43,615 nucleotides of DNA from Candidatus Cloacimonadota bacterium. Its GTDB lineage: Bacteria; Cloacimonadota; Cloacimonadia; Cloacimonadales; JAQVBK01. A program made the translations under genes and the position numbers. Shown here piece by piece: positions 38,055-43,615 of this stretch. The DNA is taken from contig JAQVBK010000001.1 of assembly GCA_028690365.1 (NCBI GenBank), forward strand, positions 1 through 43,615. Direction: 5' to 3'. Within the stretch, counting starts at the first letter, position 1; the number at the start of each line of letters is the position of its first letter. The notes under the pieces are model-generated. The model searched no databases. It had not been told where the DNA came from and worked only from the letters and a program-made list of their open reading frames with translations.

Positions 38055-39215
38055 ATGAAACCTGTAAAAATAAAAGATGGTATTTATTGGGTTGGTGGAA
38101 TTGACTGGGATTTGAGAAATTTCCATGGTTATCTTACTCAAAGAGGTTCAACATACAATTCATATCTAATTGTTGATGAGAAAATAGTGTTAATTGACAA
38201 TGTGAAAAGTTATATGTTTAAAGAACAATTAGAAAGGATTTCAGAAATAGTTGATCCCGCCAAAATCGATTACATCGTACAAAACCACATTGAGATGGAT
38301 CATTCAGGCTCATTGCCACTTATATTGGAATACTGTCCTAATGCAAAAATATTCGCTTCTCAAAAAGGAGCTGAAGGATTACCAAAACATTATGGGGATA
38401 AATGGAAATATAATGCTGTGAAATCCGGTGATGTTCTGGAGCTAGGAAAGAGAACTCTGAGTTTTGTCCAAACGCCAATGGTTCATTGGCCGGATAATAT
38501 GGTTAGTTATTGTAAGGAAGAAAAAATTCTTTTCTCTAATGATGCTTTTGGTCAGCATATAGCTTCTTCTGAAAGATTTGATGATGAATATCCTTATAAT
38601 ATTCTAATAGAAGAAGCAAAGAAATATTATGCCAACATTGTGCTTCCTTACAGTAATCAGGTAAAAAAAGCGCTAACAGTTGTAGAAAATCTGGATATTG
38701 AGGTAATCTGTCCGAGTCATGGGATAATCTACCGCAGCAGAATTCCTGAGATATTAAGAGAATATAAAAAATGGTCCGCAAATGAAGTTGAGAATACTGC
38801 AGTAATTGTATTTGACACAATGTGGAAATCAACTGAAAAAATTGCACAAGCGATTCAATCATCTTTCGAAAATAAGGGTATTTACGTAAAAATGCGAAAT
38901 CTACAGTCAAACCATATCTCGGATATAATGACAGATATTATTACTGCGAAATATCTAGGAGTCGGATCACCAACTCTCAACAACAATATTTTACCCACAG
39001 TAGCAGCTTTTCTGGCGTATCTGAAGGGACTTGCTCCCAAAGGAAGAACTGGGTTTGCTTTTGGTTCCTATGGCTGGGGCGGTCAATCTGTTGAGATCGT
39101 TGAAAATGAACTCAAGTCATGCGGATTTGATCTGTTGGATAAAATAAAAGTTCAATATGTTCCAACAAAAGAAACTCTTCTGGAGATTAGAGAGAGTTTT
39201 GAAAAAAATCTATGA
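38055..39215 (+). CDS. fprA: Flavodiiron protein (rubredoxin:oxygen/NO oxidoreductase, FprA/ROO type)
   Basis: Starts at ATG 38055 after GTGGAGGA. It has a metallo-beta-lactamase-like diiron motif (NHIEMDHSGS) and a C-terminal flavodoxin-like domain (AVIVFDTMWKSTEKIA...GSPTLNN...FGSYGWGG). Confidence 0.9.
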   Translation: MKPVKIKDGIYWVGGIDWDLRNFHGYLTQRGSTYNSYLIVDEKIVLIDNVKSYMFKEQLERISEIVDPAKIDYIVQNHIEMDHSGSLPLILEYCPNAKIFASQKGAEGLPKHYGDKWKYNAVKSGDVLELGKRTLSFVQTPMVHWPDNMVSYCKEEKILFSNDAFGQHIASSERFDDEYPYNILIEEAKKYYANIVLPYSNQVKKALTVVENLDIEVICPSHGIIYRSRIPEILREYKKWSANEVENTAVIVFDTMWKSTEKIAQAIQSSFENKGIYVKMRNLQSNHISDIMTDIITAKYLGVGSPTLNNNILPTVAAFLAYLKGLAPKGRTGFAFGSYGWGGQSVEIVENELKSCGFDLLDKIKVQYVPTKETLLEIRESFEKNL

Positions 39216-39235
39216 AATCAATAAGGAGGAATATC

Positions 39236-39745
39236 ATGATTAGTAAAAGATTACAGGATGCAATTAATGCCCAGATTAACAAGGAATTATTCTCAGAATA
39301 TCTTTATTTATCTATGGCAGCTTATTTTGAAAGTGTAAATCTTCCGGGATTTGCCAATTTTATGAAAATGCAGGTCTTGGAAGAAAGATTCCACGCTATG
39401 AAATTCTTCGAATATCTCGCAGAAAGAGGCGGAAGAGTTTATCTGGAACAAATCAATAAACCGGAAATTGAATTTTCTTCAATAATCGAGATTTTTGAAA
39501 AATCTTATAAACACGAACAATTCATATCAAAATCTATTTATGAGTTGATGGATATTGCTATTGAAGAAAAAGATCATGCAACAAAGAGTTTCCTCAATTG
39601 GTATGTAGATGAACAGGTTGAAGAGGAAGCAACCATGGATGCTATTTTAAATAAACTTAAAATGATTGATGGTAAAGGACAAGGAATCCTTATGATGGAC
39701 AATGAACTGGCTCAGAGAGCGTTTACTCCGCCAACAAACAATTAG
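39236..39745 (+). CDS. ftn: Non-haem ferritin
   Basis: Starts at ATG 39236 after AAGGAGGA. INAQINKELFSEYLYLSMAAYF...FMKMQVLEERFHAMKFFEYL matches the ferritin ferroxidase-centre pattern. Confidence 0.9.
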   Translation: MISKRLQDAINAQINKELFSEYLYLSMAAYFESVNLPGFANFMKMQVLEERFHAMKFFEYLAERGGRVYLEQINKPEIEFSSIIEIFEKSYKHEQFISKSIYELMDIAIEEKDHATKSFLNWYVDEQVEEEATMDAILNKLKMIDGKGQGILMMDNELAQRAFTPPTNN

Positions 39746-39753
39746 GAGGGAAA

Positions 39754-40134
39754 ATGACAAGTATAAGAGAACTTTATCGTTGTGAGATTTGTGGAAATGT
39801 AGTTGAAGTCGTACATGAAGGAGCACCTGCATTAGTATGTTGCGGTGAACCTATGAATAAACTTGATGCTCAGACAAAAGATGCAACTACAGAGAAACAT
39901 GTTCCATATGTAGAAGAAACAAAATCCGGTATTTTAGTCAAAGTCGGGAAGGAAGTTGATCACCCAATGCTGGAAAAACACTATATCAAGTTCATCGAAG
40001 TTCTGACTAAGGACAAAGTATGCAGGGCTGAACTTTCTCCTAACCAATCTCCACATGCAGAATTTCCTGTTAAGAAAACTGATATTATAGAAGTTCGTGA
40101 ATTCTGCAATGTGCATGGATTGTGGAAAAGTTAA
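39754..40134 (+). CDS. dfx: Desulfoferrodoxin (class I / 2Fe superoxide reductase)
   Basis: 126 aa. The N-terminal desulforedoxin-type centre is CEICGNVVEV...VCCGEPM. The C-terminal neelaredoxin domain contains EKHVPY...HPM...HYI and CNVHGLW. Confidence 0.9.
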   Translation: MTSIRELYRCEICGNVVEVVHEGAPALVCCGEPMNKLDAQTKDATTEKHVPYVEETKSGILVKVGKEVDHPMLEKHYIKFIEVLTKDKVCRAELSPNQSPHAEFPVKKTDIIEVREFCNVHGLWKS

Positions 40135-40142
40135 GGTAAGCT

Positions 40143-40322
40143 ATGGAAGCGGCAAAGACTATAATTCTGGAGGCTATGAAAAAGTCAGGGAAGCCTCTTA
40201 AAGCTGGTGAAATTTCTGAGTTAACCGGTGTTGATAAAAAAGAAGTCGACAAAATTCTGAAAAATCTAAAAAATGAGGAATTGATAGATTCACCCAAAAG
40301 GTGCTATTACGAGGTTAAATGA
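40143..40322 (+). CDS. Small (59-aa) winged-helix DNA-binding protein, candidate regulator
   Basis: Hand translation gives MEAAKTIILEAMKKSGKPLKAGEISELTGVDKKEVDKILKNLKNEELIDSPKRCYYEVK*. This is a typical minimal wHTH layout: helix, then the helix-turn-helix segment (AGEISELTGVDKKEVDKIL), then a wing. It fills the dfx-prx gap exactly, and the ORF track shows only an antisense shadow ORF here. Confidence 0.6.
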   Translation: MEAAKTIILEAMKKSGKPLKAGEISELTGVDKKEVDKILKNLKNEELIDSPKRCYYEVK

Positions 40323-40326
40323 CAAT

Positions 40327-40974
40327 ATGAGTGAAATCAGGATTCCGTTGTTGGGAGACAAATTCCCTGAACTGAAGGTACATACCACAAAAGGTTTTAT
40401 GAATATCCCCCGGGATTTTGAAGGTAAGTGGTTTGTGTTCTTCAGTCATCCGGCAGATTTTACGCCGGTTTGCACAACTGAGTTTTATTCAATTCAAAAA
40501 AGATATAGTGATTTTAAAGCCTTGAATTGTGAACTTATTGGTTTGTCGATTGATCAGATTTATTCTCATCTCAACTGGTTACAGTGGATTAAACAGAATT
40601 TGTCTGTTGAAGTAGAATTTCCACTCATAGCTGCAAGTGAAAAAATTGCAGAAAATATGGGCCTTAAACATCCAGGGAAAGGAACAAATACGGTAAGGGC
40701 ACTTTATATAGTTGATGAAAAAGGGATAATCAGAACATTGCTTTATTATCCCCACGAAATTGGCAGAAGTGTTAAGGAAATTCTCAGGATTATTAGAATG
40801 TTGCAGCTGTCAGACCGTGAATCAGTAAGCTTTCCTGCCGACTGGCCTGAAAACGACCTGATAAAAGATAACGTAATTATTTCACCACCAACCAACAGTG
40901 AACAAGTTAAAAGAAAGATTACGGATTGTGAATCATTTGACTGGTGGTTTTGTCACAAAAAAATTAAACAATAA
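40327..40974 (+). CDS. 1-Cys peroxiredoxin (Prx6 subfamily, AhpC/TSA fold)
   Basis: [19 protein letters not shown] is the peroxidatic-Cys motif. The 215-aa length and the C-terminal extension fit the Prx6-type. Confidence 0.9.
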   Translation: MSEIRIPLLGDKFPELKVHTTKGFMNIPRDFEGKWFVFFSHPADFTPVCTTEFYSIQKRYSDFKALNCELIGLSIDQIYSHLNWLQWIKQNLSVEVEFPLIAASEKIAENMGLKHPGKGTNTVRALYIVDEKGIIRTLLYYPHEIGRSVKEILRIIRMLQLSDRESVSFPADWPENDLIKDNVIISPPTNSEQVKRKITDCESFDWWFCHKKIKQ

Positions 40975-40990
40975 TAACAGGAGGAAATTG

Positions 40991-41578
40991 ATGGAATTCA
41001 AAAATTCAAAAACTGCGGAAAATTTGATGAAAGCATTTGCCGGAGAATCTCAGGCAAGAACACGTTATACTTATTATGCTTCAACTGCAAAAAAACAGGG
41101 ATTTCTACAGATTTCTACTATCTTTCTTGAAACTGCCGAAAATGAAAAAGAACATGCAAAATTGTTTTTAAAACAGTTGCTGGCAAAAGGTATGGAAGGT
41201 GAAGAAATAAAAATTAATGCTGGTTATCCCGCTGCATTAAGCAGTGAAACTCTGAAGAACCTCGAGTATGCTGCAATGGGTGAAAATGAAGAATGGACAC
41301 AGCTCTATCCGGAATTTGCCAAAGTAGCAGAAGAAGAAGGATATCCTGAGATTGCAAAAGTTTTTAAACTTGTTGCTTTAGTAGAAAAAAAGCATGAAGA
41401 AAGGTATAGAAAACTGCATGAAAATGTAAAAAGCCACAAAGTTTTCAAAAAAGATGGCAAGGTTTTCTGGAAATGTCTAAACTGCGGACACATAGTAGAA
41501 TCGATTGAAGCACCTGAAGAATGTCCTGTTTGTCTGCACCCGAGAAGTTATTTCGAGCTTTTCATGGAGAATTATTAA
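40991..41578 (+). CDS. rbr: Rubrerythrin
   Basis: Starts at ATG 40991 after AGGAGGAAA. It has [23 protein letters not shown]...[10 protein letters not shown]...VEKKHEERY and a C-terminal rubredoxin-like CLNCGH...CPVCLHP. Confidence 0.92.
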   Translation: MEFKNSKTAENLMKAFAGESQARTRYTYYASTAKKQGFLQISTIFLETAENEKEHAKLFLKQLLAKGMEGEEIKINAGYPAALSSETLKNLEYAAMGENEEWTQLYPEFAKVAEEEGYPEIAKVFKLVALVEKKHEERYRKLHENVKSHKVFKKDGKVFWKCLNCGHIVESIEAPEECPVCLHPRSYFELFMENY

Positions 41579-41751
41579 TCCATACTTTTTCTCTGTGACG
41601 TTACAAGAGTGTCGAGTCAACTGTCGGAAAACCATTGCCAATGTTGTATCTGCTAGAAAGACATGGTATAACAATGGTTGAGATAATGTTTCTGATATGA
41701 CATTGAAGTAGCTGTCTGATGAGAAATAGATAACGAAACCCAGGAGGATTG

Positions 41752-41895
41752 ATGGAAAAGTATGTATGTGATGCTTGCGGTTATGTATATGACCCGGCAG
41801 AAAACGACAATATCCCTTTCGAAGATCTTGACGATGACTGGACATGTCCGGTTTGTGGAGTAGGAAAGGATATGTTTAGCCTGTATGAAGAGTAG
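41752..41895 (+). CDS. rub: Rubredoxin
   Basis: Hand translation gives [47 protein letters not shown] (47 aa), preceded by CAGGAGGA. The CxxCG...CPxCG pattern is classical. It is below the ORF-track cutoff. Confidence 0.92.
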   Translation: MEKYVCDACGYVYDPAENDNIPFEDLDDDWTCPVCGVGKDMFSLYEE

Positions 41896-41902
41896 TTTTT
41901 TT

Positions 41903-41932
41903 AGGATACCAGATTCTGGTATCCTTTTTTAT
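41903..41932 (+). terminator. Rho-independent terminator after rubredoxin
   Basis: A perfect 10-bp stem AGGATACCAG (41903-41912) / CTGGTATCCT (41916-41925) is followed by TTTTTT. Confidence 0.8.
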
Positions 41933-41961
41933 TTATAATCCTTACAAAGAAAGGAGTAAGA

Positions 41962-42414
41962 ATGCAGATAGAAGAATTTAATGCAATTATGGATTTTGCA
42001 GTTGAGAAAGAGAAAGAGGCGGTTCAATTCTATCGTGATTTGCAACATATGACAAAGTTCAAGCCTCAGGTTGATATTTTAAAAGATCTGGAAGACATGG
42101 AAAAAGGTCATATTATAGTTCTCGAAGGAATCAGAAAAAAGGGATCCGAAGAAATTAAACCCAAAGAAGTCAAAGATCTTAAAATTAGTAATTATCTGCT
42201 GGAGGCTGTTCCTACCGGAAACATGACTTATCAGGACATACTGATTACCGCAATGAAAAGAGAAGAAGCTTCACAAAAACTATATTCTGATCTGGCAGAA
42301 GAGTACAAGGGAACTGAACTTTTTGCAATTTTTGAACGACTTGCCGGTGAAGAAGCAGAACATAAGTTCAAATTTGAGAAAATATACGATCAGGAATTTC
42401 TCAAAGAGAACTAA
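41962..42414 (+). CDS. Ferritin-like diiron protein (rubrerythrin-domain family, no rubredoxin domain)
   Basis: 150 aa after an AAAGGAG RBS. It looks like a four-helix bundle with two ExxH motifs (MEKGH, EEAEH) and paired Glu residues (EKEKEAVQFY, REEASQKLY). Confidence 0.65.
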   Translation: MQIEEFNAIMDFAVEKEKEAVQFYRDLQHMTKFKPQVDILKDLEDMEKGHIIVLEGIRKKGSEEIKPKEVKDLKISNYLLEAVPTGNMTYQDILITAMKREEASQKLYSDLAEEYKGTELFAIFERLAGEEAEHKFKFEKIYDQEFLKEN

Positions 42415-42425
42415 CAGGAGGAGAG

Positions 42426-42914
42426 TTGAATAAAATATCAATAAACGAAGTAATCGAGATGGCTGTTCAGATTGAAAAGAGTGGCTATTCTTATTACACA
42501 AGAGCTCTTGAAAGAAAAGATTTATCGGTAAAAGCAAAAGAAATACTGGTAATGCTGAGAGATGAAGAAGTAAAGCATGAAGAACTTTTCAAGTCATTGA
42601 GAAGCAAAATTGAAGATATCGAACTTGAATCCACCACCGATTGGGATTTAATATCTTCCTATATGAATGCAATAGTGGAATCAAGGATTTTCAATACACC
42701 TGATTCTGCAATAAAGTTAGCCAGAGATGCAAAGAACGAGATCGAAATCATCAATAATGCAATAAATTTTGAAAAGGATACACTGCTCTATTTTCATTCA
42801 ATAAGTATGAATGTAACAGATTCGCGAACCAGAGATGTTCTTGGTGCTATTATTGAAGAAGAAACCAGGCACGTTGTTAAATTGAATAATCTGAAAAATA
42901 TGTTGTTGGTCTGA
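42426..42914 (+). CDS. Ferritin-like diiron protein (rubrerythrin-domain family), paralogue of the preceding gene
   Basis: 162 aa with a TTG start after AGGAGGAG. ExxH motifs (EEVKHEELF, EEETRHVV) and IEKSGYSYY / FEKDTLLYF are in equivalent positions to the upstream gene. Confidence 0.62.
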   Translation: MNKISINEVIEMAVQIEKSGYSYYTRALERKDLSVKAKEILVMLRDEEVKHEELFKSLRSKIEDIELESTTDWDLISSYMNAIVESRIFNTPDSAIKLARDAKNEIEIINNAINFEKDTLLYFHSISMNVTDSRTRDVLGAIIEEETRHVVKLNNLKNMLLV

Positions 42915-42956
42915 CATCAGAACCGGCAGAAACCTTGTCCGGCAAAGGAGAAAATA

Positions 42957-43615
42957 ATGTTATCAGATATAGAAATTGCACAAAACACAAAAATGAAAAA
43001 AATTGTGGAAATAGCTGAATCTATTGGGCTAAAGCCTGAAGATATCGAGTTGTATGGTGATTATAAAGCAAAAATCAAGTATTCAACTTTGGAAAGGGTA
43101 AAAAAGAATCCTCAGGGTAAACTTATATTGGTTTCTGCCATTACTCCTACTCCTGCCGGAGAAGGTAAAACAACAAATTCAATTGGTTTGGCTCAGGCAT
43201 TGAACAAAATCGGGAAAAAAACTATAGTAGCGATAAGAGAGCCATCTTTAGGACCGGTTTTTGGAGTAAAAGGGGGTGCGGCAGGTGGTGGTTACTCACA
43301 GGTTCTCCCCATGGAAGATATCAATCTGCATTTCACCGGTGATATGCATGCGGTTACTTCTGCCCACAATAATCTTGCTGCGTTGATTGATAATCATATC
43401 TACAATGGAAATGAATTGGAGATAGATCCCCGCAGAATAGTCTGGAAGAGAGTTCTGGATGCAAATGATCGTTCTCTTCGTGATATTGTTATCGGTTTGG
43501 GCGGCAAGAAACAGGGAGTTCCCAGGGAAGACTCATTTGATATAACTCCTGCTTCTGAACTCATGGCAATATTATGTTTATCAAATAAACTGGGGGAACT
43601 CAAAGAGAAGATTGG
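42957..43615 (+). CDS. fhs: Formate-tetrahydrofolate ligase (5' part; runs off the window)
   Basis: Starts at ATG 42957 after [20 protein letters not shown]...[12 protein letters not shown]...[36 protein letters not shown] is diagnostic of FTHFS. There is no stop in the window, so it is missing from the ORF track. Confidence 0.95.
   Translation, partial: MLSDIEIAQNTKMKKIVEIAESIGLKPEDIELYGDYKAKIKYSTLERVKKNPQGKLILVSAITPTPAGEGKTTNSIGLAQALNKIGKKTIVAIREPSLGPVFGVKGGAAGGGYSQVLPMEDINLHFTGDMHAVTSAHNNLAALIDNHIYNGNELEIDPRRIVWKRVLDANDRSLRDIVIGLGGKKQGVPREDSFDITPASELMAILCLSNKLGELKEKI

Noticed and set aside
38536-38910. 124-aa minus-strand ORF inside fprA. There are also 36003-36308 (minus, inside the acyl-CoA ligase) and 16046-16333 (+, alternate frame inside prmC).
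   Set aside because: These are embedded in motif-verified genes and have no independent signals. They are shadow or alternate-frame ORFs.
40085-40297. 70-aa minus-strand ORF in the dfx-prx gap.
   Set aside because: It overlaps the dfx 3' end. The + strand 59-aa ORF (40143-40322) fits the gap and operon direction and has a wHTH-like sequence, so the minus ORF is judged to be its shadow.
41477-41845. 122-aa minus-strand ORF spanning the rbr 3' end, the spacer and most of rubredoxin.
   Set aside because: It overlaps two motif-verified + strand genes and has no recognisable motif. The + strand rubredoxin, with an AGGAGG RBS and CxxCG...CPxCG, explains the region.
1-43615. Scan for CRISPR arrays, rRNA genes, IS elements, prophage genes and riboswitch-like leaders (for example upstream of the thiN, fhs and nadD genes).
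   Set aside because: I saw no regularly spaced direct repeats and no recognisable rRNA, transposase or phage structural motifs. The leaders upstream of those genes are too short (or overlap the upstream gene, as at nadD) or lack conserved riboswitch cores that I can recognise by eye.

Overview
AT-rich bacterial chromosome segment, apparently from a strict anaerobe with an outer membrane (an Omp85-family gene plus a large oxygen and reactive-oxygen-species (ROS) detoxification cluster). Almost all genes are on the + strand. All calls rest on motif reading only; no searches were run.

(1) 1-14.3 kb: the conserved rif/str region, in order rpmG, tRNA-Trp, secE, nusG, rplK, rplA, rplJ, rplL, attenuator hairpin, rpoB, rpoC, rpsL, rpsG, fusA.

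(2) 14.3-18.7 kb: a STAS protein and a REC-RsbW-like kinase (partner-switching pair) sit where tuf usually follows fusA, followed by prmC, murA and wecB.

(3) 18.7-23.8 kb: an accessory islet that looks more AT-rich than its flanks. It holds a 1215-aa protein with an intact N-terminal defence-type SIR2 (NADase) domain and about 860 aa of unassignable helical C-terminus (DSR2-like architecture). Directly downstream is a frameshifted YhcG/DUF1016 PD-(D/E)XK nuclease gene. This is the best candidate for a novel anti-phage system in the window.

(4) 23.8-37 kb: mixed housekeeping and envelope genes. These are a PBP-Cache fusion, thiamine pyrophosphokinase, a Wzx-like flippase, Hsp33, a frameshifted Kef-type antiporter, a FliK-like orphan, a GAF-HisKA protein lacking an ATPase domain, Omp85, nadD and an acyl-CoA ligase.

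(5) 37.2-42.9 kb: a dense oxidative-stress cluster, in order mutM, flavodiiron protein, ferritin, desulfoferrodoxin, a tiny wHTH protein, 1-Cys peroxiredoxin, rubrerythrin, rubredoxin and two ferritin-like diiron proteins. A 5'-partial fhs follows.

Three real genes are below the 60-aa cutoff of the ORF track: rpmG, the wHTH protein and rubredoxin. The partial fhs is also missing from the track, because it has no stop codon in the window. I saw no CRISPR array, rRNA, transposase or integrase.
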